Assembly (NCBI GenBank): GCA_016432485.1
Contig: CP066691.1
Span: 452,709-516,708 of the forward strand
Length of the DNA stretch: 64,000 bases
Reading direction: 5' to 3'
From: Candidatus Niyogibacteria bacterium
GTDB lineage: Bacteria > Patescibacteriota > Minisyncoccia > HO2-45-28
A model generated the notes under the pieces. That model did not search any database. It worked only from the letters and a program-made list of their open reading frames with translations, and had not been told where the DNA came from. Made by a program: the position numbers and the translations under genes. Below, one piece after another: positions 8,820 to 19,227 of the stretch. Positions within the stretch are counted from its first letter, which is position 1. Each line of letters opens with the position of its first letter.

Positions 8820-10700
8820 ATGCCTTATCTGGTTTCAATAATTAAAAGAATAAAAAATAATCCCGCGCCGGCCTTATCAATTTTAATTGTTTTAGCTCTT
8901 CTGATTTTAGGGAACCAGCGCCGGCGGCCGCCCGACCGTCCGCGCTTGCCCGCGGTCATAAAAGACGGGGGGTACGGCCAATTTCTTTTTGCGGCCGCCA
9001 GATTACCCGTGGCGGGAGGCGATGAAAATAATTGGGGCGAAATTCTAAATGAATTTTTGCGAGTCAGCCACGAAGAAAACGGCGAGTTAAAACCGAGCGG
9101 TCTGGGAGATATAACCGGTCTTGGCATAGTAAACGTCAAGGAGTTTGGCGCCAAAGGCGATGGCACTACCGACGACACTTCGGCGATTCAAGCCGCGATT
9201 AATTACCGAGGCAGTGACGGCGGAATGGTTTATCTTCCGCCCGGGGTCTACCGCGTTACGAGTTCTCTGATATTTTTCAATAACAATCATATGAAATTCG
9301 CGGGCGCCGGCAAGAATCTGACGAATATATTGTGGGATGGCGGAGCGGCCGGCCCGGTGCTTGATGTCGGAAGCGTCCGAGACAGTTTTTTTGAGGGCTT
9401 CAGAATAGCCGTCCAGAGCGTTAATCTGAATCTGGCAATAAAAATACATAATGCTTCGGGCGCGACCGTATCCACAAATAATGTTTTCAGGGATATTTAC
9501 ATACACCCCACGGCTTGGGCTATAGGCGGGGGGTCTATCACCGACGGCGTCAAAATCGGAGACGGCACGGACGCCAACAATGATTTTCATAAGTTCATAA
9601 GAGTAAGTATGGGCGATATTCTTCGCGACGGATTTGTCATAGAAAACTCGTCACAAGCAAAACACATACTCTTTGAAGATTCTCATGTGGGCTCCTCAAG
9701 ATACGGCCTGCGGCAAGACGGAGGAGGAAGTTTCAAATGGGTCCGCGGCGGCATGCGCGGCCAGACCACGGCTAATTTCCACCTCGGTCAGCCGACGGAT
9801 GTCATTATGATAGACGGCATTGATGTTGAGCGTTCCGCGTCTTTTATGGACAGTTCCGGCGCCGCGTCAGATTGGGCGACCATAGTGCAGAATGTGCGCT
9901 GGGATTCTCCATCGGAGGCAAACGCGTCGGGTAAAGTTATAGAGTTTAATTTTTCCGGCCCTCTGGTGCTGATAGGAAACAGGTTTCAAAGCGGGACAAC
10001 GGACCTGATTGTAACCGGCAACACATCAACCTCGCTTGTCGCTATCGGTAATTACGTTAAAAATACGGCCACGACCAAATTTTGGTCCGGGTCGTGGAAA
10101 AGCATTGTTGCTCTCGGCAATCTGGTGGGCACTCCGTATACTTATCAAAACGCGGACGCGTCTTTCGGCGCGAATCTTTCCGTGTCCGAGGGTTCTAATT
10201 TTATCGTGCCCTCGGGCAAAATAGGAATCGGGACTTCAAACCCCCAAACCCCGCTGCATATAGTTTCTAATGCCGGAACTAAACTGGCCCTGGATCATCC
10301 CACTGCCGATTCAGGACAGGAAATATCATTTAGAGTCAACGGGGTGGATCGGGGGCTCATACAATGGTTCAACGGCGCTTTTCGTCTGCATCCAGACATA
10401 ACCGTGCTTGATCCGACAAGTCCTCCGTTTGTGGTCAACTCCTCCGGCAATGTCGGCATAGGCATCACCAGTCCAACCAGCAAACTGCATGTTGTGGGCA
10501 AAGCAACCATAACCGGCGGGATTGACCCTCCCTATGTATCATTTTCAGATGAAACGCGAGAAAGCATAATAAAACGCGCCGAAAACATTGAAGAGCACGA
10601 AAAAGTAATGATGTTCTGGAACAGCCAGACCAAAAGTATGGAGGTCTATAATATTCAGGAAGACACTTTTTATTCTGTCAGCGGTGAAAAATTGGACTAG
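8820..10700 (+). CDS. membrane-anchored right-handed beta-helix protein (pectate-lyase-3 / tailspike-like N-terminal domain) with C-terminal tail-fibre-like repeats
   Basis: 'VKEFGAKGDGTTDDTSAIQAAINY...GGMVYLPPGVYRV' motif; C-term repeats 'IGIGTSNPQTPLHIV' / 'VGIGITSPTSKLHVVG'; N-terminal TM. Confidence 0.6.
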   Translation: MPYLVSIIKRIKNNPAPALSILIVLALLILGNQRRRPPDRPRLPAVIKDGGYGQFLFAAARLPVAGGDENNWGEILNEFLRVSHEENGELKPSGLGDITGLGIVNVKEFGAKGDGTTDDTSAIQAAINYRGSDGGMVYLPPGVYRVTSSLIFFNNNHMKFAGAGKNLTNILWDGGAAGPVLDVGSVRDSFFEGFRIAVQSVNLNLAIKIHNASGATVSTNNVFRDIYIHPTAWAIGGGSITDGVKIGDGTDANNDFHKFIRVSMGDILRDGFVIENSSQAKHILFEDSHVGSSRYGLRQDGGGSFKWVRGGMRGQTTANFHLGQPTDVIMIDGIDVERSASFMDSSGAASDWATIVQNVRWDSPSEANASGKVIEFNFSGPLVLIGNRFQSGTTDLIVTGNTSTSLVAIGNYVKNTATTKFWSGSWKSIVALGNLVGTPYTYQNADASFGANLSVSEGSNFIVPSGKIGIGTSNPQTPLHIVSNAGTKLALDHPTADSGQEISFRVNGVDRGLIQWFNGAFRLHPDITVLDPTSPPFVVNSSGNVGIGITSPTSKLHVVGKATITGGIDPPYVSFSDETRESIIKRAENIEEHEKVMMFWNSQTKSMEVYNIQEDTFYSVSGEKLD

Positions 10701-11842
10701 GCGGACTTTACTTCTTTTTCCACGTCGCCCAAGTACACCAAAGTCATCTTGCGCTCGTCGGGTTCAAACAGGGTTATTTGAAACGGGTAGGTTTTGCCCA
10801 ATTCTATTTTCTCGCGCATAGTATTCTCGGTTCCAAATTCCGAAATATGAACCAACCCGGCCAAACCTTCTTCTACCGCGACCAGAGCGCCGTAACGGTT
10901 CAGCCGTATGACCACACCCTGCACGATGTCGCCTTTTTTATATTTTTCTTTAGCCCTCACCCATGGGTCCGGTTCCAGAGCTTTAATGGAAAGTGAAATT
11001 TTTCCGTTTTCAATAGCGATTATCTTGGCTTTTATTTTGTCGCCTATGTTAAAAAGTGTCCTCGGGTCTTCAACCAAAGACCACGAAAGTTCGGAGATAT
11101 GAGCCAAACCTTCCAATCCCTCTTCTATTTTTAGAAAAATGCCGAAGTCGACCACGCCCGTAATTTCGCCGTCAACGATATCGCCAACCTTATATTTAGA
11201 TAAAACTTCCTTCAGCTCCTCTGTCTGAGTTTCTTTTTCCGAAAAAATAAGCTTGTCTTCTTCTTGGTCCGCGGTAATTATTGTTACCGTCAAACTTTGG
11301 CCGATCATTTTTTGGAGCTCGCCTAAAATTTTTTCTTTATCGCCTCCCTCAACTCTCGGATAATGGATTGACCTTAATTGCGAGGCCGGCAAAAAACCCT
11401 GAATCCCTTCCCATTCCATAACTAGCCCGCCTTTATTGGCTTCTTTTATTACCAATTCCAAAGGTATCTTTTTTTCAGCCAAATCCCTGGCTTCGCGCCA
11501 GACTATCTCACGGCCGGCTTCTTTCAGCGAAAGTTCAACGTATCCGTCTTCATTTTCCGGTTCAACCACTTTCGCGGTTATGCGATCGCCCATTCTGATG
11601 TTTGAAACCATGTCGCGCGCGGCCATCAATTCGCGGCCATACACGATGCCGGTGCCGACCGAACCCAAATCCACGTACAGAGCCGATTTTTTGCGGGCAA
11701 TCACCATTCCATCTATAAAATCCCCAACCTTAAGCACAGGGAAACTAACCGCCTTAAAAAGATATTCCATAGGACTTAATTCGGCCTTTTGGGGCTCTAT
11801 CAGCTGTTCGGCACTATTATTATTACTGCCATCTAAATCCAT
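10697..11842 (-). CDS. rpsA: 30S ribosomal protein S1 (four S1 domains)
   Basis: repeated S1-domain pattern 'G..V.G.V......G..VDLG..G..G.VH.SE'. Confidence 0.7.
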   Translation of the reverse strand: MDLDGSNNNSAEQLIEPQKAELSPMEYLFKAVSFPVLKVGDFIDGMVIARKKSALYVDLGSVGTGIVYGRELMAARDMVSNIRMGDRITAKVVEPENEDGYVELSLKEAGREIVWREARDLAEKKIPLELVIKEANKGGLVMEWEGIQGFLPASQLRSIHYPRVEGGDKEKILGELQKMIGQSLTVTIITADQEEDKLIFSEKETQTEELKEVLSKYKVGDIVDGEITGVVDFGIFLKIEEGLEGLAHISELSWSLVEDPRTLFNIGDKIKAKIIAIENGKISLSIKALEPDPWVRAKEKYKKGDIVQGVVIRLNRYGALVAVEEGLAGLVHISEFGTENTMREKIELGKTYPFQITLFEPDERKMTLVYLGDVEKEVKSA

Positions 11843-11896
11843 AACAAAGATTATACAGTCTAGACCTTACCCCGTCAATCATCTATAATACGAGGT

Positions 11897-12532
11897 ATGG
11901 TTATCACCTACTACGGCCTGTCGTGCTTTAAAATAAGTTCGGGAGAATTTGTTTTGGTTTTTGACCCTCCGTCAAAAAAATCCTCTTTTAAATCTCCGCG
12001 CTTCAGGGCTGACGCGGTATTAATAAGCCATGACCACGCCGACCATAACGGCTACGAAATGATCTCGGACAAAGAAAACGGCAATCCGCTCAAAATAGAC
12101 GGCCCCGGGGAATACGAAATCAAAGGCATGGACATTACGGGCGTGCCTTCATTTCACGACCCTTCTTCCGGCAAAAAACTCGGCCGAAACACGATATACG
12201 CCGCGAAAATTGAGGATATAAAAATATGCCATTTGGGAGACTTCGGAGAGAAAGAACTCAGGAACGAAACTTTGGAATCCATAGGAACGGTGGATATATT
12301 ATTTTTGCCGATAGGCGGAAAAACAGTTATTGACCCGGAAAATGCCGTAAAAATAGCAAATCTTCTGGAACCGAAAATAATCATACCGATGCATTATGAA
12401 AAAAAAGAACTGTCTGATTTCCTGAAAGAGTCGGGAGTTGAAACGCTGAAACCCGAAGAAAAACTTACTTTAAAGAAAAAAGATTTGCCGGAGGGTAAGG
12501 CGGAAGTAAAGATTTTAAAACCGGCTATTTAG
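11897..12532 (+). CDS. MBL-fold metallo-hydrolase
   Basis: 'VLISHDHADHNGY' HxHxDH motif. Confidence 0.7.
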   Translation: MVITYYGLSCFKISSGEFVLVFDPPSKKSSFKSPRFRADAVLISHDHADHNGYEMISDKENGNPLKIDGPGEYEIKGMDITGVPSFHDPSSGKKLGRNTIYAAKIEDIKICHLGDFGEKELRNETLESIGTVDILFLPIGGKTVIDPENAVKIANLLEPKIIIPMHYEKKELSDFLKESGVETLKPEEKLTLKKKDLPEGKAEVKILKPAI

Positions 12533-12552
12533 AATAATTAGAAATTTAGTAA

Positions 12553-12786
12553 ATGAGTTTTTTAGACCAAATAGAAAAATTACAAAAAAGACCGGCGAGA
12601 TCGCGGGAGCGCATACTGGTATCAAGCGTCATCATTATTATGATTCTGATTGTCGCGGTCTGGATACAGACGACTCGCCAAAATTTTATGAATTCGCCCG
12701 TAAAAAGCGCCGAAAACCCGATAAAAACCCTCTGGAACGCCGCCAGTGAAGGATTTAAAAGCGCTATGGATCAATTGGAATTTTAA
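12553..12786 (+). CDS. small single-TM protein, hypothetical
   Basis: ORF with one hydrophobic helix upstream of gyrA. Confidence 0.3.
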   Translation: MSFLDQIEKLQKRPARSRERILVSSVIIIMILIVAVWIQTTRQNFMNSPVKSAENPIKTLWNAASEGFKSAMDQLEF

Positions 12787-12795
12787 TCTTTTCAA

Positions 12796-15237
12796 ATGCC
12801 GGAACACAATCAAAATAAAATTGAGCCCAGAGACATCGTGCGTGAAATGCGCGAGTCGTACTTAGATTACGCGATGTCGGTTATTGTTTCGCGCGCCTTG
12901 CCCGACGTTCGCGACGGGCTCAAACCCGTTCATCGCCGGATTTTATACACCATGCACGAGATGGGGCTCACTTCCGGCGCCAAATTCAGAAAGTCGGCGG
13001 CCATAACCGGAGATGTCATGGGTAAATATCATCCGCACGGTGATGCGGCAATTTACGACACGCTGGTGCGCATGGCTCAACCGTGGGCAATGCGCTATCC
13101 CCTGATTAACGGTCAAGGTAATTTCGGGAACATTGATGGCGATTCTGCCGCGGCAATGAGGTATACCGAAGCCAGAATGAGCTCAATCTCGTCTGAAATG
13201 CTTAAAGATATTGAAAAAGAAACTGTTGATTTTCAGCCAACTTATGACGGTACAAGGCAAGAGCCAAAACTTCTCCCCTCGGCTATTCCGCAATTATTAC
13301 TGAATGGCTCTTTGGGCATCGCGGTCGGAATGGCCACCAATATCCCGCCGCACAATTTAAACGAAGTCGTAAGCGCTACTCGACATCTGATAGACCACCC
13401 CAAAGCCACAACCGAGGATTTGGTGAAATTCGTGCAAGGCCCAGATTTTCCGACCGGCGGCCTTATTTTTAATAAAGACGAAATCCATCAGGCCTACGCC
13501 ACGGGACGCGGCGGTGTTATCAACCGAGGCGAAGCTGAAATTGTTGAAAAAAAGCAGGGACAGTTTCAAATTATAGTCAGTTCTATCCCTTATCAAGTAA
13601 ATAAATCCGAACTGATAATAAAGATCGCGGAACTTGTGCGCGAGAAAAAGATAGAAGGCATCCGCGACGTCAGAGACGAATCGGACAAAGAAGGTCTGCG
13701 CGTGGTTATTGACCTTAAACAAGACGCTTTCGCCCAAAAAATTCTGAACAACCTATACAAACACACCGATCTTGAACGAACATATCACTTTAACATGCTG
13801 GCGCTGGTGGACGGCATTCAGCCGCAGATATTATCGCTTAAAGGATTTCTTGAAAAATTCATAGAGCATAGGCAAATTATTGTTGAAAGACGAACGCGCT
13901 TTGAACTTAAAAAAACAGAAGACCGCGTCCACATATTAGAGGGCCTGTCGCGCGCCCTTGACCATATAGACGCGATAATTAAAACCATAAAATCTTCAGC
14001 TGATCGTGAAACGGCAAAAAAGAACCTTGTTAAAAAATTCTCTTTTTCGGAGCGGCAGGCCGACGCCATACTGGAAATGCGCCTCTCGGCGCTTGCTAAT
14101 CTTGAGCGCCAAAAAATCACGGACGAATTAAAAGAAAAACAGAAACTCATCCGCGATCTTAAAGCTTTGCTGAAAAACCCGGCGCTTATTCTTGAGGTAA
14201 TCAAAAAAGAGCTTGAGGACATAAAAAATAAATACGGCGACGAACGCAAAACCAAAGTCATTTTAAGCGCGGCCAAATCGTTCAAAGCCGAAGACCTGAT
14301 ACCTGAATCCGAACAGGTAATGGTTCTGACTAAGGGCGGCTATGTCAAAAGGGTCAATCCCGAAGAATATCGCCTGCAAAAACGGGGCGGCAAAGGCTTA
14401 ATAGGCGCGGAGATTAAAGAAGAGGATGTGGTCAGCGTTTTTCTTTCGGCCAACACGCACGACGACCTTCTATTTTTCTCGTCTTTGGGCAAAGTATATC
14501 AAACAAAAATGTATGATGTTCCCGAAGGAAAGCGAACGTCAAAAGGCAAATCCGTGCTGAACATCCTGCCGCTTACGCAAACCGAGGAAATCACATCGGT
14601 CTTGGCGCTTCCCAAAACCAAAAAAGGAGAAAAAATATTTTTGGTTATGATTACGGCGCTTGGTATAATAAAAAAGGTGGAGCCGCATAATTTTGAGGGG
14701 GTCAGGCGTTCCGGCATAATAGCCATTCGCCTTCAAAAAGGAGATTCGCTGAGATGGGTAAGGCTGGCCGGAACCAAAGACCACGTTATTCTTGCCACCA
14801 AACTCGGCAAAGCCATTAGATTTAAAGAATCGGACGCAAGGCCGATGGGCAGGAATGCCGCGGGCGTGAAAGCCATGAGAATCGGCAAAAAAGACGAATT
14901 GATAGGAGCTGACGTCATATCGGCTCAGGAAAAAAACGCTCACCTCTTAGTAATGAGCTCCGAGGGATTCGGCAAAAGGACAAATGTGAAAAATTACAGA
15001 CTGCAGAAACGCGGGGGCTCCGGCGTAAAAACCGCGAAAATAACTTCAAAGACCGGACCATTAATGTCGGCTAAGGTTATTTATCCCGAACTGGAAGAAT
15101 TAATCGCCATTTCCCAAAAAGGCCAGGTCATCAAAACCGAGCTTAAGAGCATCCCCGAACTTGGCCGCGATACCCAGGGAGTGCGAATAATGAGACTGGA
15201 TAATAAAGACGCCATCGCTTCGCTCACATGTTTGTAA
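12796..15237 (+). CDS. gyrA: DNA gyrase subunit A
   Basis: '[26 protein letters not shown]', active-site region, GyrA-box 'QKRGGKG' in CTD. Confidence 0.9.
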   Translation: MPEHNQNKIEPRDIVREMRESYLDYAMSVIVSRALPDVRDGLKPVHRRILYTMHEMGLTSGAKFRKSAAITGDVMGKYHPHGDAAIYDTLVRMAQPWAMRYPLINGQGNFGNIDGDSAAAMRYTEARMSSISSEMLKDIEKETVDFQPTYDGTRQEPKLLPSAIPQLLLNGSLGIAVGMATNIPPHNLNEVVSATRHLIDHPKATTEDLVKFVQGPDFPTGGLIFNKDEIHQAYATGRGGVINRGEAEIVEKKQGQFQIIVSSIPYQVNKSELIIKIAELVREKKIEGIRDVRDESDKEGLRVVIDLKQDAFAQKILNNLYKHTDLERTYHFNMLALVDGIQPQILSLKGFLEKFIEHRQIIVERRTRFELKKTEDRVHILEGLSRALDHIDAIIKTIKSSADRETAKKNLVKKFSFSERQADAILEMRLSALANLERQKITDELKEKQKLIRDLKALLKNPALILEVIKKELEDIKNKYGDERKTKVILSAAKSFKAEDLIPESEQVMVLTKGGYVKRVNPEEYRLQKRGGKGLIGAEIKEEDVVSVFLSANTHDDLLFFSSLGKVYQTKMYDVPEGKRTSKGKSVLNILPLTQTEEITSVLALPKTKKGEKIFLVMITALGIIKKVEPHNFEGVRRSGIIAIRLQKGDSLRWVRLAGTKDHVILATKLGKAIRFKESDARPMGRNAAGVKAMRIGKKDELIGADVISAQEKNAHLLVMSSEGFGKRTNVKNYRLQKRGGSGVKTAKITSKTGPLMSAKVIYPELEELIAISQKGQVIKTELKSIPELGRDTQGVRIMRLDNKDAIASLTCL

Positions 15238-15755
15238 ATCCGGAACAAACAATAAAATCAATGGGAATAAAATACGGCATGCAGGTGGCCGATTTCGGAA
15301 GTGGAACCGGTTTTTATACCGTCCCCCTGGCCCGGGCAGTCGGGCCTTCAGGAAAAGTTTACGCTTTGGATGCGCAGCCGGAAATGCTGGAGCTTACGCG
15401 CTCAAAGGCCCGCGAATCGCGTCTGCTGAATATAGCGGCAATGCGGGTTGACCTTGAGAGTCCCAGGGGGTCCAAACTTGCCGAAAACACGATGGATTTT
15501 GTACTCATATCCAATATCCTTTTTCAAGCCGAAGACAAGCCGGCACTTTTAAAAGAAGCTTTCCGAATTTTAAAAAATGGGGGCGAGGTCGCGGTGATTG
15601 AATGGAGTTCATTCGGCAGCGCAGCAGGGCCCCGGACAGAAAAAATAGTACCGCGGGAAGCCGCGGAAAAACTCCTGGATGATTCCGGTTTCAAACGAAT
15701 TAAAGAATTTAACGCGGGAGACAATCATTACGGTTTGCTGTACGGCAAACCATAA
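15228..15755 (+). CDS. class I SAM-dependent methyltransferase
   Basis: motif I '[16 protein letters not shown]'. Confidence 0.65.
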   Translation: MFVNPEQTIKSMGIKYGMQVADFGSGTGFYTVPLARAVGPSGKVYALDAQPEMLELTRSKARESRLLNIAAMRVDLESPRGSKLAENTMDFVLISNILFQAEDKPALLKEAFRILKNGGEVAVIEWSSFGSAAGPRTEKIVPREAAEKLLDDSGFKRIKEFNAGDNHYGLLYGKP

Positions 15756-15850
15756 TAACTAATTTCTAATTGACCTAATTAATCTAAAAACTCTACGATT
15801 AAAACACAAAACATAGGAACCAAAATACAAATAATCAGAAATTTTACGAA

Positions 15851-17137
15851 ATGAATACTTTGCAAATCATCATAATCATTTTCTCAATCATCATCGCGGT
15901 GGCGGCTTTGCTGATTTTTTCCGGCATCTTACCGGGTTTCGGACCAAACGCCCCGGGGCAAACCGGAGAAATTTCTTTTTGGGGAACACTGCCTTCCGAA
16001 AATTTGTCGCCGGTTTTGAATGATTTCAGCCAGCGTTTCAAAAATATAAAAGTGGATTATCGCGAAATAGACCCCAAAATTTATATTGAAGAACTGATAA
16101 GCGCTTTGGCTTCTGGTCTTGGTCCGGATGTTTTTCTCCTGCCTCAAGACCAGATAATAAAACAAAAAGATTTGGTGTTCGCGCTTGATTCAACAACTTA
16201 TCCTTTGCGCGTTTTTCGCGACAACTTCGCGGACCTTGCCAATCTTTACGCGCGCCCGGAAGGCATTGTCGGCTTGCCTTTCTACATAGACCCCCTGGTC
16301 CTCTATTGGAATCGCGACCTTTTTAGAAACGCGGGACTGGTGCTTCCGCCGCGGTTCTGGGATGAATTTTCAGAATCAGCCAAAAATTTGACAATTCGCG
16401 ACGGACAGAAAATAACGCAGTCAGGCGCGGCTATGGGCGAATTTTCAAACATTTCGCAGGCAAAAGACATTCTGGCGTTATTGATACTGCAGACGGGCAA
16501 TAAAATAACAAATCCCGAAACTCTTCGCTCTGTTTTTGCCGAACGCGCCGCAGAAGCCTTGAGTCCGGCCGAAACCGCTCTTTTATTTTTTGTGAGTTTT
16601 TCGGACCCGATTAAAGAAACTTATAGCTGGAACAAGGCTCAGGGCGAAGCAATTGAAGCCTTCGGAGGAGGGCGGCTGGCTATGTATATCGGATACGCTT
16701 CCGAAATTGAACAAATCCTGGCTTTAAATCCGCACCTTGATTTTGACGCAAGCGAAGTTCCGCAGATAAGGGGCGGAAAACTAAGCGCCTCATACGGCCG
16801 AAGCTCGGCTTTGGCCATAAGCCGACAAAGCGCAAACAAAACAACGGCTTTTACTTTTATTTATGAATTAACCGGTCTTAATGCCCAAAATTTGCTGGCT
16901 AAAAATTCATTTTTAGCGCCCGCGTTAAGAAGCGCTCTGGCCGAAAAACAGGAAAATCCGATACTTGATGTTTTTTATAAATCGGCCGTAAAATCGCTCG
17001 GCTGGCTGGATCCGGACCCGGTCCAAACTAAAAATATATGGCGGGAAATGACTTCGTCTGTCGTTTCGGGCATCAAAAGAATAAATCAAGCGGTAACGGA
17101 AGCCCAAAGAAAATTTGAAACTTTAATGCCCAGATAA
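15851..17137 (+). CDS. extracellular solute-binding protein (ABC transporter family 1-like), membrane-anchored
   Basis: N-terminal TM, overall SBP-like pattern; weak assignment. Confidence 0.45.
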   Translation: MNTLQIIIIIFSIIIAVAALLIFSGILPGFGPNAPGQTGEISFWGTLPSENLSPVLNDFSQRFKNIKVDYREIDPKIYIEELISALASGLGPDVFLLPQDQIIKQKDLVFALDSTTYPLRVFRDNFADLANLYARPEGIVGLPFYIDPLVLYWNRDLFRNAGLVLPPRFWDEFSESAKNLTIRDGQKITQSGAAMGEFSNISQAKDILALLILQTGNKITNPETLRSVFAERAAEALSPAETALLFFVSFSDPIKETYSWNKAQGEAIEAFGGGRLAMYIGYASEIEQILALNPHLDFDASEVPQIRGGKLSASYGRSSALAISRQSANKTTAFTFIYELTGLNAQNLLAKNSFLAPALRSALAEKQENPILDVFYKSAVKSLGWLDPDPVQTKNIWREMTSSVVSGIKRINQAVTEAQRKFETLMPR

Positions 17138-17144
17138 AACTAAA

Positions 17145-17612
17145 ATGAAACTTTTTAACTTTTCAACTCTTAAACCTTTTAACTCTTTAACCTTTAAACT
17201 TTTTAACCTTTTAACCTTTATCTCTTTGGGCTTTATTGTTGCCGTCTTTTTGCCGTCTTTCGCTTTAGCTCAACAGCCGCTTGTCCCTTGCGGCGGCCCG
17301 GGACAGCCCTGTACTTTCTGCCATTTAATGGAGCTTGCGAATAGAGTCGTCAAGTTTGGCTTCAACTTCCTTATCCTGCCGTTGGCTGCCCTAGGAATAC
17401 TGGCTTCCGGCCTAACCTTGCTTACTGCCGGCGGGTCCCAAACCCAGCTGGAAAAGGGCAAGTCAATGCTCAAAGCCATCATCATCGGCTTCTTTATTGC
17501 CGTTTCGGCTTGGGTTATAATAAATACTATACTCGGAACATTAGTACAAGAAGGGCAGTTCTTTAATCCGTTAACGGAACCATTTCCGGCATGCGTTACC
17601 CCGAGGAACTAG
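17145..17612 (+). CDS. T4SS-pilin-like / TrbC-VirB2-like small membrane protein (paralog 1)
   Basis: signal peptide + two hydrophobic helices, 'AGG...K..IIG..IAVSAW.IIN' pattern shared with next three ORFs. Confidence 0.5.
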   Translation: MKLFNFSTLKPFNSLTFKLFNLLTFISLGFIVAVFLPSFALAQQPLVPCGGPGQPCTFCHLMELANRVVKFGFNFLILPLAALGILASGLTLLTAGGSQTQLEKGKSMLKAIIIGFFIAVSAWVIINTILGTLVQEGQFFNPLTEPFPACVTPRN

Positions 17613-17647
17613 AAGCATTACAAGGAGGCGCTTTTCGTTAAAATTTC

Positions 17648-18016
17648 ATGCAAAAACTTATTCACAAAATATTAAAAGGCATTTTGCTCAAATTGGGCGT
17701 TTTTTCTATAATAATAGAGGTGGCTTTGACAAAATCGGTTTTTGCCCAAACCCTTGAAAATCCGTTGGGCGAGACAAAAACTTTCGGCGAAGTCATTGAA
17801 AACTTGGCTCGGGCCGTCGCCTATGTTGGGGTGCCGATGGCCGGCATTTTCATAATCTATTCCGGATTTTTGTTCGTGACCGCTCGCGGTTCGGAAGACC
17901 AGCTGAAAAAAGCCAAAACAACTTTTTATTGGACAATCATCGGAACTATCCTGATTGTGGGCGCCTGGGCAATTGCTTCTGCTCTTAATGAATTCGCGAC
18001 AGGTTTACAAGGATAA
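17648..18016 (+). CDS. T4SS-pilin-like small membrane protein (paralog 2)
   Basis: same architecture: 'ARG...KAK...W.IIGTILIVGAWAI'. Confidence 0.5.
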   Translation: MQKLIHKILKGILLKLGVFSIIIEVALTKSVFAQTLENPLGETKTFGEVIENLARAVAYVGVPMAGIFIIYSGFLFVTARGSEDQLKKAKTTFYWTIIGTILIVGAWAIASALNEFATGLQG

Positions 18017-18115
18017 CTTTTAACGGCTAGCCATCGATTAAACATCGGGGGTTAGCGGTTGAAAATTATAAATCAAATAAAGGTCGTTAAATTTTAAAAC
18101 TTTATAAGACAAATT

Positions 18116-18472
18116 ATGGAAAAAATCAAAAAAATTATGATTGGCGTCGGCAGCGCGGGAATATTAGGCCTGCCCACGCTGGTCTTTGCCGTAACAACAT
18201 TTGATGCTTTTCTCACAAACATTAAAACCCAGATTAACAGAATTATACCAATAATCACAGCAATTGCCGCTTTAGTTTTCTTATGGGGGGTCGTAACTTA
18301 TATAATGTCCGCCGGAGACGAAGAAAAAAGAAAAGAAGCGAGACAATTCATAATCTGGGGTCTTGTTGGATTTGCCATCATTGTTGGTATTTGGGGGCTG
18401 ATTAATATAGCTGTAAACGCCCTTGGAATAGAAACTGGTGGAACTATTACGCCTCCAAGTGTCAGATTCTAA
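18116..18472 (+). CDS. T4SS-pilin-like small membrane protein (paralog 3)
   Basis: 'SAGDEEKRKEARQFIIWGLVGFAIIVGIWGLIN'. Confidence 0.5.
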   Translation: MEKIKKIMIGVGSAGILGLPTLVFAVTTFDAFLTNIKTQINRIIPIITAIAALVFLWGVVTYIMSAGDEEKRKEARQFIIWGLVGFAIIVGIWGLINIAVNALGIETGGTITPPSVRF

Positions 18473-18481
18473 TAAAAATCG

Positions 18482-18730
18482 GTGACTTCCAATAATTTCC
18501 TGCAAAAACTAGCCGATCAGATAATAAACCCGCTAATTGTCATTTTCATCGGAATCGCTTTAATTGTTTTTATCTGGGGCATTGTGGAATTCATCGCCAA
18601 AGCCGGAAGCGAGGATGCCAAAACCACCGGTAAGAAACACATGCTTTGGGGGATTATCGGAATGGCGATAATGATAGGCGTAGCGGGTATAATCAATATC
18701 CTTTCAAGTCTGTTTGAAAGCGGCCAGTAA
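18482..18730 (+). CDS. T4SS-pilin-like small membrane protein (paralog 4, no cleavable signal)
   Basis: 'KAGSEDAKTTGKKHMLWGIIGMAIMIGVAGIIN'. Confidence 0.5.
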   Translation: MTSNNFLQKLADQIINPLIVIFIGIALIVFIWGIVEFIAKAGSEDAKTTGKKHMLWGIIGMAIMIGVAGIINILSSLFESGQ

Positions 18731-18753
18731 ATAAATAAACGGTGAAACAAACC

Positions 18754-18779
18754 AAAAAACCCGACACATCGGGTTTTTT
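18754..18779. terminator. bidirectional Rho-independent terminator between pilin-like array (+) and rnhA (-)
   Basis: aaaaaacccgacacatcgggtttttt. Confidence 0.6.
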
Positions 18780-18783
18780 GGTT

Positions 18784-19227
18784 TTAAAATATTTTTCCTT
18801 GTTCTTTTTTGTCTAGTTCAATATTTACCAATCGGTCGGCTTCGCGGTTTTTTTCGCGAGGCACCGCGAAAAAAGAAATTTCTTCAAAATCCTGCTTTAA
18901 ATTCCAAATTTTAATAAAAAGCGGAAAAAGACGCTCTTCTTCAATTTTATATCTGGCGTTTAGCTGGTTGTACACCAATTCAGAATCCAGATATATCTCA
19001 ACTTCAGAGTTTTTAATCTTTTCCTTGCCAAAAATCTGTTTAGCTTTTTTCATAGCGAAAATAACCGCCTCGTATTCGGCTTCGTTATTCGTTCGCGTCC
19101 CTAAAAATTCGCTATATTTTTTGTCCTTGCCTCCTCCGCGGATAACGACACCCAAAGCGGAGGGCCCCGGATTGCCCCTGGATCCTCCGTCAGCGTTTAT
19201 GGTAATTTTTAATTCGTTTTTTCGCAT
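18784..19227 (-). CDS. rnhA: ribonuclease HI-like
   Basis: 'INADGGSRGNPGPSALGVV' and C-terminal 'REKNREADRL' RNase H motifs. Confidence 0.6.
   Translation of the reverse strand: MRKNELKITINADGGSRGNPGPSALGVVIRGGGKDKKYSEFLGTRTNNEAEYEAVIFAMKKAKQIFGKEKIKNSEVEIYLDSELVYNQLNARYKIEEERLFPLFIKIWNLKQDFEEISFFAVPREKNREADRLVNIELDKKEQGKIF

Noticed and set aside
17160-17225. ttaacc/ttt low-complexity repeat at the start of the first pilin-like gene
   Set aside because: It is a short AT-rich slippage tract encoding the N-terminal FN/LT residues, not an independent element
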